Both the position numbers and the translations under genes were made by a program. A stretch of DNA of 64,000 nucleotides from Kangiellaceae bacterium (lineage in GTDB: Bacteria > Pseudomonadota > Gammaproteobacteria > Enterobacterales > Kangiellaceae). The stretch lies in contig JBDVOJ010000112.1 of the NCBI GenBank assembly GCA_039969155.1, positions 3,859 through 67,858 on the forward strand, read 5' to 3'. The notes under the pieces were generated by a model, which saw only the letters and a list, made by a program, of their open reading frames with translations, made no database searches and was not told the DNA's origin. This document shows, one piece after another, positions 1 through 11,727 of this stretch (its first letter is position 1; each line of letters opens with the position of its first letter).

Positions 1-958
1 CTTTTCTCATAGCGGCCACAAAATCTTTACTCGCTAATTTTATACCGGTCGCAACGGGTAGTCCGAGTTCGGATATTAATTGATGGTATTGCTTAACAAC
101 CTGCGAGTTGATCAGTGACTTTTTCGCACTAATTGATAGCGCCATCAAGATACCTATTGATACAGCTTCGCCATGTAAGAATCGCTCATAATCTGTCAGG
201 GTTTCAATTGCATGTGCAAAAGTATGGCCTAAGTTCAATAAAGCCCTTTCCCCTTTTTCTTTCTCATCTCGTGCAACAATATTGGCTTTCATTTGGCAAC
301 TTAGGAATATCAGCTCTTCTAGAAGTGGTTTATTTCTCTCTTTTAAGCTAACTAAGTTACTTTGCAATATCTCTGCAATTTGCTTTTCTCCGAGTAACGC
401 ATATTTGACGATTTCACCAAATCCCGAAAGGAATTCTCTTATTGGTAAAGAGTCCAATGTATCTACGTCAATAATTACCGCACTGGGCTGATAAAAAGCC
501 CCTATAAGGTTTTTACCTTGCTGATGGTTTATTGCTGTCTTGCCACCGACAGAAGAGTCCACTTGCGAAAGCAAGGTCGTTGGCACTTGAACTAAATTCA
601 TCCCCCTTTGGTAACTGGCTGCAGCAAACCCCGCTAGGTCACCGATAACTCCGCCACCTAGAGCAATCAGGGTGTCATTTCTTCGAAAATTATTTTCCAC
701 CAAGAAGTCGATGATCTTAAATAAGCTTTCTCTACTCTTATTAACTTCACCATCGTCAATTAATAGATGATAAACCGTTTTGCCTTCAATGGTATTTTGT
801 ACTTTGTCCAAATACAACGGAGCAACCAACTGATTGGTCACGATCAGTACATTCTCACCTTCACAAAAAGATGAGACGAGTTGTTTGTTTTGAAGGAGCC
901 CAGATCCGATATGAATAGTATATGGGTTATCTTTTAGTGGCAGGGGTAATAGGCGCAT
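1..958 (-). CDS. aroB: 3-dehydroquinate synthase, C-terminus cut by the window edge
   Basis: My own translation of the minus strand from the ATG at 958 gives MRLLPLPLKDNPYTIHIGSGLL...IALGGGVIGDLAGFAAASYQRGMNLVQVPTTLLSQVDSSVGGKTAIN, which carries typical AroB motifs. It lies directly downstream of aroK in the conserved pilMNOPQ-aroK-aroB order. It is absent from the ORF track because it runs off the window. Confidence 0.9.
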   Translation of the reverse strand, partial: MRLLPLPLKDNPYTIHIGSGLLQNKQLVSSFCEGENVLIVTNQLVAPLYLDKVQNTIEGKTVYHLLIDDGEVNKSRESLFKIIDFLVENNFRRNDTLIALGGGVIGDLAGFAAASYQRGMNLVQVPTTLLSQVDSSVGGKTAINHQQGKNLIGAFYQPSAVIIDVDTLDSLPIREFLSGFGEIVKYALLGEKQIAEILQSNLVSLKERNKPLLEELIFLSCQMKANIVARDEKEKGERALLNLGHTFAHAIETLTDYERFLHGEAVSIGILMALSISAKKSLINSQVVKQYHQLISELGLPVATGIKLASKDFVAAMRK

Positions 959-969
959 CAGAAATGCAC

Positions 970-1491
970 CTAGTTTTCATTTATTTGGTTAGCTATTTTA
1001 TTGGCAACAGACTTGATCGAGTTTTCGTTAGTGGCGACAATGACATCAGCAATTTCTCGATATTGAGCATCTCGCTCTTTGTGCAGTGCTATTAGGGTAG
1101 CTTCTGGGTCATCGGTATTTTGTAATAAAGGGCGTCGTTTATCTTTACGGGTTCGCTCTAACTGCTGCTCTATAGATGTCTCTAAATAAACCACAATTCC
1201 GCGGCCCGCTAAAAATGTCCGATTCTCAGGAGTAACCACCGCTCCTCCACCAGTCGCGAGTACAATTCCCTGACGCTGAGAAAGTTCAGCTATGATCTCT
1301 TTTTCCCTTGCTCTAAAGCCATCTTCACCTTCAATATCGAAAATCCAATCGATTGGCGCACCGGTTCTAGATTCTATCTCTTGGTCTGTATCGATGAATT
1401 CCAAGTGAAGAAGTTGCGCTAACTGTTTTCCGATAGTGGTTTTTCCAGCGCCCATAGGGCCGACCAAGAATATATTGCGTTTACCTTTCAT
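970..1491 (-). CDS. aroK: shikimate kinase
   Basis: 173 aa with the Walker A motif [11 protein letters not shown] and overall AroK-like sequence. It sits between pilQ and aroB. Confidence 0.93.
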   Translation of the reverse strand: MKGKRNIFLVGPMGAGKTTIGKQLAQLLHLEFIDTDQEIESRTGAPIDWIFDIEGEDGFRAREKEIIAELSQRQGIVLATGGGAVVTPENRTFLAGRGIVVYLETSIEQQLERTRKDKRRPLLQNTDDPEATLIALHKERDAQYREIADVIVATNENSIKSVANKIANQINEN

Positions 1492-1587
1492 AAGTTCAGC
1501 TTATTATTATGTCCGCGTTAAATTGTTGTCATGTTAAAACGCAAGAACCCGCAACAGCGGGTTGTTTGCGCAAACATTCTAATGAAT

Positions 1588-3675
1588 CTATTGAATCGTG
1601 TCTTTGACTATTTTTGGAGTTACAAACATCAATAGTTCTTGTTTTGCAGATGAATCAGAGGTCGACCGGAATAAAGCCCCTATTCCCGGTAAGTCACCAA
1701 GTAGAGGAACTTTGGTCACTTCTCGGTTAACTCGTTGTTGGTATACACCACCTAAAACAATGGTTTCTCCATTCTCAACAAGCACCCTCGTTCCAACCTC
1801 ACGGGTGTTGATAGCTGGTCCAAATACCGTATCTTCGCCTCGCGTATCCTGATTGATTTGCAGATCTAGGATTATACGATCATCTGGGGTGATTTGTGGA
1901 GTCACCTTTAGACTTAATACCGCTTTTTTGAAGGTTACTGTCGTATTACCAGCAGAACTTGCTTGTAAATACGGAATTTGCTCTCCCGACTCAATATAAG
2001 CTTCGTTATTATTAGTTGTAAATACTCGAGGAGAAGCAATAACTTCACCACGCGACTCGCTTTCTAAAGCGGATAATTCTACATCTAAGATTGTCCCCTC
2101 AGCTAGTCGAGCGAAAGTCAATCCGATCGTTCCAGCGGCTTGGGATACTGGAAGATTAACAGATAACGAACGATCTTGTGGATCGGCACCAAACAATAAG
2201 TTATTAGTACCTTGTTGCGTACCCGAAATAGCGGCTTGACTACCTAAGTCGGAAACACCGAATCTAACACCTAGTTCATCGGTAAAACCGTTATCTGCCA
2301 CCACTATTCTCGATTCTATCAATACTTGTCGAATCGGAATATCTAGCTTGTTAACCATCTGGCGAATCGAATCTAATTTTTTGGCTGTATCTTGGATCAA
2401 CAGTGTATTAGTTCTTTCATCCACAGAAACGCTTCCGCGAGGACTCAAATAATTAGCCCCTTTGGTCAATATCAACTCTGACATGGTTGTCGCTTTGGCA
2501 TAGTTAACTTGAATAAATTCAGATTGCAATGGCGCCAACTGTTCAATTTGTTTTTCAGTTTGTAGTTGCAATGCTTCGCGCGCGGCTATCTCCTCTGCCG
2601 GAGCAATTAACATCACGTTACCAGTCTGTCGCTTATCTAAACCCTTTGTTTTAAGAATTAAGTCCAAAGCTTGATCCCAAGGAACCTGATTTAATCTTAA
2701 AGCAATTGAACCTGACACGGTATCACTAGTAATCATATTGATATTAGTAAATTCCGATAGAATAGTTAGCGCAGACCGAACTGGGATAATTTGGAAATTA
2801 AGCGAAAGCCTTTCGCCAGTATAAACGGGCGCCTGTAAACTCTTTCTTTCGATCTCTTCTTGAGTTAATGGCTTTAATTCTATGATGTAAGAATCATTGG
2901 CTTGATAGGCCAAATACTCAAATTCGTTAAGCGTTTCAATTGCCAGTCTAACGTTGCCACCGACCCGACTGGTTGAGATCAATTGAGCTGGAGTTGCAAA
3001 ATCAACCACGTCTAACTTTCGGACTAATTCATCAGCGATACTTGCATCGACAAAATCGGCTAGAACGGTACGCCCTTCTTTACGCAAATCAATTCCGAGG
3101 TTGGTATTTCCTAAATCAATAATGACTCTTCCTTCGCCATTTTCCCCGCGACGAAAATCGATATTGGTAATGTCCTTAGATGATCGGCTTGAATTACTCG
3201 GACTAGCAGCAACACTGGGTGATTGCGACGCAGCACTGCTTGGAGTGGTACCATAACCGACAGTCACCACTAAATCATTACCGTCTATTCGGGTTGAATA
3301 AGGTGCCATTTCTACTAGATTAACCACTAGCCTTGTACGGCCTCCGGCTTCAACCGCAGTGACACTTCTAGTCACTCCAACACCAATATTATGCGTCTTT
3401 TGACTTAAGTTAGTCGTTACCCCAGCGAAATCCATTGCGATACGCGCGGGATTATTGGTCGTAAACTCTTGAAAGCTTGGCGGAGGTGAATCCATGGAAA
3501 CGCGTATCTCCACTTTATCACCAGGCAAGACATTAAACCCCACATTAGATATTTCTGTGGCACTGGCGACACTGACAAACATTGTCAAAACAAAAGCCAA
3601 ACAGTGTTTCAATTTTTGGCTAGCCATAACGACCGCTCCTATTCTTTTTGATTTGGTGTTATCCCATGTACTCAT
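1588..3675 (-). CDS. pilQ: type IV pilus secretin PilQ
   Basis: 695 aa with a signal peptide, AMIN-like N-terminal repeats and a C-terminal secretin domain (...VPLLGDLPGIGALFR...). It is the last gene of the pilMNOPQ cluster. The true start may be an internal Met. Confidence 0.92.
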   Translation of the reverse strand: MSTWDNTKSKRIGAVVMASQKLKHCLAFVLTMFVSVASATEISNVGFNVLPGDKVEIRVSMDSPPPSFQEFTTNNPARIAMDFAGVTTNLSQKTHNIGVGVTRSVTAVEAGGRTRLVVNLVEMAPYSTRIDGNDLVVTVGYGTTPSSAASQSPSVAASPSNSSRSSKDITNIDFRRGENGEGRVIIDLGNTNLGIDLRKEGRTVLADFVDASIADELVRKLDVVDFATPAQLISTSRVGGNVRLAIETLNEFEYLAYQANDSYIIELKPLTQEEIERKSLQAPVYTGERLSLNFQIIPVRSALTILSEFTNINMITSDTVSGSIALRLNQVPWDQALDLILKTKGLDKRQTGNVMLIAPAEEIAAREALQLQTEKQIEQLAPLQSEFIQVNYAKATTMSELILTKGANYLSPRGSVSVDERTNTLLIQDTAKKLDSIRQMVNKLDIPIRQVLIESRIVVADNGFTDELGVRFGVSDLGSQAAISGTQQGTNNLLFGADPQDRSLSVNLPVSQAAGTIGLTFARLAEGTILDVELSALESESRGEVIASPRVFTTNNNEAYIESGEQIPYLQASSAGNTTVTFKKAVLSLKVTPQITPDDRIILDLQINQDTRGEDTVFGPAINTREVGTRVLVENGETIVLGGVYQQRVNREVTKVPLLGDLPGIGALFRSTSDSSAKQELLMFVTPKIVKDTIQ

Positions 3676-3693
3676 AAATGCTCCTAGTGCCCG

Positions 3694-4287
3694 CTACCCT
3701 TCTGACAGCGCTAAAAATACTTTTCTTTTTTCCCAACAACCTTTGCTATCGGGCACCAAAGTTGATATCTCAATTTGTTGTTCTGTAATTGCGTTAATTT
3801 GACCGTGGTTTATACCTAAATACTCGCCAACTTGAACTTTGACAACATTGCCACTAATTGGCCCAGCTGTCATTCTAATCAGTCCCCACTCCTTACCCGG
3901 TCGGTCCAAAGTACCAACCATTTCCATTGAGTCGAGAGAATAACGTTCTAAGTCTTCACGCCGTCTATCAGGATCAGGCCGAATGGCTTCATCACAGCCG
4001 TCATGTAGCAATTTTAGTTGCTGCTCTAATTCTAATTCCATTATTGCGAACGGACTTCGTAACGCTGCAGATGAATAATCATGAGGTTGGTAAACCTTAA
4101 CATCAGGCATCGGTTCGATCCGCCCAGGAGGTTTAGCCTTGATATTATCAACCCACACTTCTAAATCTTCAGTGTTACCACCGCAAGCGGAAAGCACCAT
4201 GCTTAAAAGTCCGAGAGATAATAGTCGTTTGCTAACCATAACTTTGGCTCGCATTGCATTTTGACGCGGATTAAGAAAATTTAACAT
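3694..4287 (-). CDS. pilP: type IV pilus assembly lipoprotein PilP
   Basis: 197 aa with a lipobox (LSACGG). Its position between pilO and pilQ fits, and its start overlaps the pilO stop. Confidence 0.85.
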   Translation of the reverse strand: MLNFLNPRQNAMRAKVMVSKRLLSLGLLSMVLSACGGNTEDLEVWVDNIKAKPPGRIEPMPDVKVYQPHDYSSAALRSPFAIMELELEQQLKLLHDGCDEAIRPDPDRRREDLERYSLDSMEMVGTLDRPGKEWGLIRMTAGPISGNVVKVQVGEYLGINHGQINAITEQQIEISTLVPDSKGCWEKRKVFLALSEG

Positions 4288-4907
4288 TACTTTTCCCCCG
4301 CATCAGCACGGTATGTTTTCGCCGTGACATTCATAACTAACAATTTTTCATCCGGTGCACTGCTTACTACACCATCTCCAATTTTAATGGTGAAGTCATG
4401 CAACGTTACGATTCTGGGTAATCGAGAAACCCGACTCACAAAATCAGCAATTTGGTGATATCCACCAGTGACTTGAATTTCTATCGGTTTTTCGGAATAG
4501 AATTCTGCATCTTTTTCTTCTTTAAAAGATGCCGCTGAAATCTCACAACCAGCACCTGTCGCAGCATAGGAAATCTCATCTAGCAGTTCCGCCATTTGAT
4601 CAGCTTTGGGCAACTGCTGTAACAGGGTTTGAAAACTATCTTTGATAGTTTGCATCTGTCTTTTGTATGCTTCTAGATTGACCGCTTTCGCCTGCTTTTT
4701 TTCAAATTCTTTTTTCAGCTCGATTTCTTTTCGTTCAATATTAACCAACGCATCGGCTTGGTCGGCAATAAAAAAGTAATAGCCTAAAAATAATACCGCA
4801 CCAAAAACGATGGAAGCCATAACAGCTTTTCCAGCGGTTGGCCACGAGCCCATATTGGTAAAATCGATGTCATTGACATCAAAATCTTTGAGACCTTCTA
4901 AATCCAT
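4287..4907 (-). CDS. pilO: type IV pilus assembly protein PilO
   Basis: 206 aa with a single N-terminal TM segment and a coiled coil. Its position fits, and it is translationally coupled to pilN and pilP. Confidence 0.85.
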   Translation of the reverse strand: MDLEGLKDFDVNDIDFTNMGSWPTAGKAVMASIVFGAVLFLGYYFFIADQADALVNIERKEIELKKEFEKKQAKAVNLEAYKRQMQTIKDSFQTLLQQLPKADQMAELLDEISYAATGAGCEISAASFKEEKDAEFYSEKPIEIQVTGGYHQIADFVSRVSRLPRIVTLHDFTIKIGDGVVSSAPDEKLLVMNVTAKTYRADAGEK

Positions 4908-5472
4908 TATTCGGCCTCCTTATTCACAGCATTGGGCGTAGTGATTTTTGCTTTCAACTTAAACATCTTTCTGCCTGCACCAGATTCTTTATCATCTTCA
5001 ATATCATCAATGTCCGGCTTAGTAACCCATTGTGAGGCTGCTAAATTACGCATAAAGTTTGAAATTCGAGGTGAAGACTCCGCAATTCCGGTAAAAATAA
5101 CTTCGTCCTTATTACGCGCGATTTCTATCAAATTCATGCCTTCGGGAATTTTTTGAACTATTTCATCAAACAAATGCACAATTTGCGGCCGACTTTTCTG
5201 TAGGTCTTGAATTAGCTCCATACGGTCGACTAATTCTTTTCTCTCTGCTTCGAGAGTGGTGATTTCTTTAATCTTTGTGTCTAACTTTCTTGTTTGACCT
5301 TCTAGATAATTATTTCTATTTCGCTGGTTTTCTATTTGGTCACCATAATACATATAGACAGACCACATCACGACCACACCTAAAACAGCGACCAATCCTA
5401 GGACACTAACAAACTGGCGTTGTCGCTCAGCTCGTTCTTCCTCGCGCCATGGTAAGAGATTAATGTTAGCCA

Positions 5473-5473
<1 letters not shown>
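4907..5473 (-). CDS. pilN: type IV pilus assembly protein PilN
   Basis: 188 aa starting with the conserved INLLPWREE motif followed by a TM helix. Confidence 0.9.
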
Positions 5474-6543
<1,070 letters not shown>

Positions 6544-6890
6544 TTAAGATTTTCCTATCATTTTATCCAGTTACAACTGAAAACTATGTTTCACTTTAAA
6601 TAATAGCCCTAACTATAAGAAATTTCACCTGTTTTTTATTTTTATGTGGTCAATTTCGCGTTATTTGGGCAAATTCCTTGTTCATAACGCCTTCAATTAT
6701 CAGAAGGGATCAACACAATTGTAGTATCGAATTCAAGAATTTTTTTGTTTATTGCTTTTTTACCTAAAAATTTTTCTCTTTAATCTCGGGAATTTACGCA
6801 CATTTCCTAAACTTAAAGGTTATGAGGATGAACAAATCCCGTTATACTTTGTCGACTAACCAACTATGGCAATCTATTTGACAAACCGGT

Positions 6891-9665
6891 ATGAAACGAA
6901 TCACAAAGATAGCAGCAAAATTCGGCTATATCGTGACCCTGTTCACAATATGCACCGCAATGGGATTTACTGGCCTCTATCTTGCGGTTGGACCCGACTT
7001 ACCTGAAGTCGAAACAATTAGAGAAATACGCCTGCAAACACCTATGAGTGTATTTACTAAAGATGGTCAATTAATCAATGAATTTGGTAATGTCCGGCGT
7101 ATACCTATAACTCTAGACCAAGTTCCACAGGATTTCATAAATGCCTTGCTAGCTACAGAAGATGTTCGCTTCTATGAACACACAGGTGTCGATCTGAAAG
7201 GAGTTTTGCGAGCAATTCTAAATCTTGCCACCACAGGAACTAAGAGTCAGGGAGCCAGCACCATCACCATGCTAGTAGCTCGAAACTACTACTTAACTAG
7301 GGAAAAACGATTCTCTCGTAAATTTACTGAGATGTTTGTCGCTTGGAAACTAGAATCCGAACTATCCAAAAATGAAATTTTAGAACTCTTCTTAAACAAA
7401 ATACTGTTTGGACATCGCGCGTTCGGCCTGGGAGCTGCCTCCCAAGTTTACTACGGTAAGCCTTTAAACCAGCTAAACCTTCCTCAATTGGCCACGTTAG
7501 CCGGAATCCCTAATGGCCCTTCTATCTTCAACCCAATTAGTAAACCGAAACTTGCGAAACAGCGTCGTAAACACGTACTAGGTAGGATGTTAGCCGAAGG
7601 ACACATATCTCAGGCGGAATATGAAGCTGCAGATGCTTCTCCAATTCGTACTCAGCGCCACGGCGCTAAAACCACCGTTGACGCGCAATATGTCGCTGAA
7701 ATGGTTCATATGGACATTATTCGACAATATGGACAAGAAGTTGCCCACAGTGATGGACTAAAGGTTTACACCAGCTTAAACCCAACCTTGCAAGAATTTG
7801 CTCAACAAGCTTTGCGTACGAGTTTACTAGAATACGATCGCCGCCACGGTTACCGAGAGGTCGAACAGCACCTTGATATCGCTCAGGTGTCAGAACAAGA
7901 AAGAATTGATTACATCAGTGATTTCACCCAAGTCGGAGCGTTAATCCCTGCTTTGGTTACCCAAACCGAAGGTAATATGGCAAAAATACTCATGCCGGAT
8001 TCAACTAAAGGGGTCGTGTTACTTGAAGACTCCTTGTGGGCTCGTAAATATATTGATGAAAATCATCGAGACACCACTAAATTGGAAGATATTAACCAAA
8101 TTTTTGTTGTTGGAGATGTGATTCGTGTATTACCTACGGAACGTCAGCACCATTTCAACACCGATGCGGAAGATTCCAAAGCTAATGACGCTGAAAAACC
8201 TGAACAAGTCGCCGATTCAGAGAGCCCTTCCGAAGAGTCGGCTGCAAACGCCGAACAATTAGATTTGGCCGAGGAGGCGATCTCTCAAACAACGCCTATC
8301 TATTTGCTTTCCCAAATTCCCGATGTAAATGGCGGTTTTGTAGTACTAAACCCAAATAATGGTGCCGTAGAAGCGCTGGCTGGGGGATTTAATTACAGTA
8401 ACAGCAAATTCAATATGGTAACCCAAGCTCAGCGACAGCCTGGCTCTAACATCAAACCATTTATATACTCTGCGGCTTTAGAAAAAGGCTTTACTGCGGC
8501 TTCACTGATCAATGATTCACCTTACATAGAAAATGATGTCTCCGCGGGAAACTTTTGGCGACCTGAAAACGACAGTGGTAATTATCGAGGTCCAACGCGA
8601 CTAAGAGTCGCATTAAGTTGGTCGATTAATACCGTAGCAATTCGGTTAATAAAGAAGGTAGGTCCCAAATTTGCGAAACAATACTTAGAACAAATTGGAT
8701 TTCCTGGCTCTCGAATGCAGCCTTATCCTTCACTAGCGTTGGGTTCTGCCTCATTCACCCCGCTGGAAGTGGCAACCGGATATTCAACCCTGGCTAACGG
8801 AGGCTATCAGGTCAAGCCTTGGTATATCGAAAGAATTGAAGACACCAATGGTCAAATACTTTTTCAACAAGAACCGATTCAGGTTTGTGAACTGTGTTTG
8901 GAAATGATTGAACAAAAAGAACGACAAGCCATGGAGGAGCAGCTGGAACGAGAGGCCCAGTTAGCGCTAGGAGACTCCCAAGACTCACTACAACTAAATC
9001 AAAGTGATACTGAAGAGACTGAATCTCGCGATTCCGTTAAACAATCGCTTACAACTGAGATTACGACTAATCCAAATGCCGATTTAATTCCAGAGCCTTG
9101 GTTGCCAGTCGCAGAAGAAAAAATTGCGCCGAGAGTGATCGAAGCAAGGAACCGATACATCATAGACGATATGTTAAAAGACGTAATTCATGCTGGAACT
9201 GCTTGGAACTCGTTAAACCGATCCAAAAGCCCACTGCTTAAACGGCGAGATATCGCAGGTAAGACTGGTACCACTAATGATGTTAAAGATGCATGGTTTT
9301 CTGGTTATAACTATAAATACGTAGCTTCTGCCTGGGTTGGTTTTAGAGATCACAGTAAAAAGCTGGGCAAGAGCGAATTCGGTGGACGAGCCGCATTACC
9401 TATCTGGCAAAAGTTTATGGAAAAGGCATTAGATGGTGTGAAGCAGTACAACTTGCCAAGACCAGATGGTATCGTCGAAGTAAAAATAGACCTAACCAAC
9501 GGAAAATTAGCCAGCGCAAATACTCAGAAATCGAATTTTGAAGTCTTTAGGGTGGAAAATACGCCAACAGAATATTCTGAGGCTCCTTCTGAAAATGTTT
9601 TGGATGAGCTTGATGAGGTCTTAGACTCTGAGACTATCGAAGAATCTGATGAAATTGATTTCTAG
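6891..9665 (+). CDS. mrcA: penicillin-binding protein 1A (bifunctional transglycosylase/transpeptidase)
   Basis: 924 aa. Glycosyltransferase motifs are ATEDVRFYEHTGVD and GASTITMLVARN. Transpeptidase motifs are SNIK (SxxK), SWSIN (SxN) and KTGTT. It also carries acidic low-complexity inserts and an acidic tail. Confidence 0.93.
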   Translation: MKRITKIAAKFGYIVTLFTICTAMGFTGLYLAVGPDLPEVETIREIRLQTPMSVFTKDGQLINEFGNVRRIPITLDQVPQDFINALLATEDVRFYEHTGVDLKGVLRAILNLATTGTKSQGASTITMLVARNYYLTREKRFSRKFTEMFVAWKLESELSKNEILELFLNKILFGHRAFGLGAASQVYYGKPLNQLNLPQLATLAGIPNGPSIFNPISKPKLAKQRRKHVLGRMLAEGHISQAEYEAADASPIRTQRHGAKTTVDAQYVAEMVHMDIIRQYGQEVAHSDGLKVYTSLNPTLQEFAQQALRTSLLEYDRRHGYREVEQHLDIAQVSEQERIDYISDFTQVGALIPALVTQTEGNMAKILMPDSTKGVVLLEDSLWARKYIDENHRDTTKLEDINQIFVVGDVIRVLPTERQHHFNTDAEDSKANDAEKPEQVADSESPSEESAANAEQLDLAEEAISQTTPIYLLSQIPDVNGGFVVLNPNNGAVEALAGGFNYSNSKFNMVTQAQRQPGSNIKPFIYSAALEKGFTAASLINDSPYIENDVSAGNFWRPENDSGNYRGPTRLRVALSWSINTVAIRLIKKVGPKFAKQYLEQIGFPGSRMQPYPSLALGSASFTPLEVATGYSTLANGGYQVKPWYIERIEDTNGQILFQQEPIQVCELCLEMIEQKERQAMEEQLEREAQLALGDSQDSLQLNQSDTEETESRDSVKQSLTTEITTNPNADLIPEPWLPVAEEKIAPRVIEARNRYIIDDMLKDVIHAGTAWNSLNRSKSPLLKRRDIAGKTGTTNDVKDAWFSGYNYKYVASAWVGFRDHSKKLGKSEFGGRAALPIWQKFMEKALDGVKQYNLPRPDGIVEVKIDLTNGKLASANTQKSNFEVFRVENTPTEYSEAPSENVLDELDEVLDSETIEESDEIDF

Positions 9666-10275
9666 TCCTTCGGTTACTGGTTTTAAAACGGTAGTGCCCA
9701 GTGATACGGTAGCTAAACAGCGAATCGCTAAGTTCTGGCCCTCGACCTATGTTATGTACAATCAATGGTCTTTTAGTTATCGGATCAACACGATCCGAAA
9801 CAAATCCTATATGCGGTAAATTTCCAGGCAACATCCAAGTAACAAGGTCACCAGGCTGATAATCGCTGGAAATATTAGAGCCTTGGAGCGTTTCGCCATG
9901 TCGAATAAAAAAGCGCTGTAGATTGGGGACGCGGCGATGGTCTATATTCCTATCAGGTTTATTCAGCCCCTAAATTCGCTTTGACGGGTACTGGTCGAAA
10001 TTGTTAGTGATATCTTCGTGTAACAATCGTTGTAAATCGATCCCTAATTTTCGATAACTTCTAATAACAACATCTGTGCAGACACCAATGTTTGGTGGGA
10101 CATCACCGTTGGGATAATCAATCTTGCGATAAGCACCATCATATCGAACTTTCAGTTTCGTTCTCTCGATAGCAGCCTCGACAAGCTTTTGTTCGAAACT
10201 GCGCTCAGCGACGGCATAACCAGGGTTGAATAAAGACCATAATAAGACTGAGGCAAGGATAGAGTGATTCTTCAA
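9634..10275 (-). pseudogene. DUF1287-family protein interrupted by an in-frame amber codon
   Basis: ORFs 9970..10275 and 9634..9834 are in the same frame. My translation across the join reads ...YPSKRI*GLNKPDRNIDHRRVPNLQRFFIRHGETL...PGDLVTWMLPGNLPHIGFV. A single TAG at 9967-9969 splits one DUF1287-like reading frame. Confidence 0.75.
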
Positions 10276-10363
10276 TTTACCATTCCTTGTTGGTGTGCTT
10301 AAAATTTAGACAATAAAAAAGGCCAGAGTTCGGCCTTTTATCTCTATATTTTATTTACAGCTA

Positions 10364-11056
10364 TTATCGCGTTCCGTAAATAACCATCGTTTTGCCTTTG
10401 ACATGGATGTGCTCTTGCTCTTCTAACACCTTCAGTACTCGACCTACCATTTCTCTTGAACAGCCCACAATGCGTCCAAGCTCCTGTCTAGTGACTTTTA
10501 TCTGCATGCCGTCCGGATGAGTGATCGCATCAGGCTCTTTAGCTAAGTCCAATAGCGCTCTAGCCACTCGACCTGTAACATCCATAAAGGCTAAATCACC
10601 TACTTTACGACTGGTCTTACGCAATCTTAGTGACATTTGCTCGGCTAATTTGAACATGATCTCTGGTTTTTCTTTTGATAGCGCCTCAAATCGGGCATAG
10701 CTAATTTCCGCCAAATCAGCTTCTACTTTCGCTCTAACCCAGGCACTTCGATTGTTTTCTCCATCAAATAAACCCATTTCACCAAAGAAATCACCTGAGT
10801 TTAGGTAAGCGAGTACTAACTCTTTACCATCATCATCTTCGATAAGAACTGTCACCGAACCTTTAATTATAAAATACAAAGTCTCTGGCTTATCACCAGC
10901 AAATATGATGGTTGTTTTTGCCGCGTAGCGGCGCTTGTGGCACTGAGAAACAAACCACTGCAAAGTGGGATCTTTCTGTATGTTATGTGGAAGAATAAGG
11001 GGCTCTTTAATTAAGGCCATAGCAATACCTGCAATAATTTCAGTTTCCATCACCAA
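10364..11056 (-). CDS. crp: cAMP receptor protein (CRP/Vfr family)
   Basis: It is near-colinear with E. coli CRP ([12 protein letters not shown]..., [39 protein letters not shown]). The real start is probably the internal Met (MALIKEP...) near 11020. Confidence 0.93.
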   Translation of the reverse strand: MVMETEIIAGIAMALIKEPLILPHNIQKDPTLQWFVSQCHKRRYAAKTTIIFAGDKPETLYFIIKGSVTVLIEDDDGKELVLAYLNSGDFFGEMGLFDGENNRSAWVRAKVEADLAEISYARFEALSKEKPEIMFKLAEQMSLRLRKTSRKVGDLAFMDVTGRVARALLDLAKEPDAITHPDGMQIKVTRQELGRIVGCSREMVGRVLKVLEEQEHIHVKGKTMVIYGTR

Positions 11057-11315
11057 ACAGCGATTGTTTCTATCGAGCTCTAAACTTCAGAGCGAGAAAT
11101 CACCTTTGGCGCTATTTAATCATTGTGACTGACATATTCGGAACAATAAAGTTCGACTAACAATCGCCAGATTCGCGAGAGCAAAAATACAAGTACTAAA
11201 CCAATCGTATTTTAATGCGATACTTCTTAGATACTGATTTTTAATGATATGTGGTAAAGAAGCAAGCATAATTAAGGATAATTAGTCACAAACAAGTTTA
11301 AACAGGAAAATAATC

Positions 11316-11714
11316 GTGAGAATAATTACCAATTGGCAAGAAAAGCAAAAATTTGAAGCCGTAACAGAGCAGGGCGATAAAATTATCATGGATGGCGAAG
11401 GATCAGCGCCTTCACCGATGCAACTGGTTCTAGCCGCAGTGGGCGGTTGCTCTTCAATTGATGTAGTTATGATTCTAGAAAAGGGTAGAAATCAAATTAC
11501 CGATTGCCAATGTGAATTAACAGCTGAGCGCGCAGAATCCGCTCCAGCAGTGTTTACAAACATTAATGCTCACTACATTGTTACCGGTAAAGACTTGAAG
11601 GAATCCACTGTAGAAAGGGCTTGCGAGCTATCAATTAACAAATACTGCTCCGCCGCTTTAATGCTAAAACCTAACGTAGATATCAGCTACTCGTACGAAA
11701 TCAGGAATAGCTGA
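11316..11714 (+). CDS. OsmC/Ohr-family protein (YhfA-like)
   Basis: 132 aa with the two-cysteine OsmC pattern (GGCSSIDV..., NKYCSAA). It is divergent from crp, as yhfA is in enterics. Confidence 0.75.
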   Translation: MRIITNWQEKQKFEAVTEQGDKIIMDGEGSAPSPMQLVLAAVGGCSSIDVVMILEKGRNQITDCQCELTAERAESAPAVFTNINAHYIVTGKDLKESTVERACELSINKYCSAALMLKPNVDISYSYEIRNS

Positions 11715-11727
11715 CATTTCAAAAGGC

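Noticed and set aside
133-491. Plus-strand ORFs 133..351 and 282..491
   Set aside because: They are antisense to the clear aroB reading frame, which runs off the window and was therefore not listed in the track.
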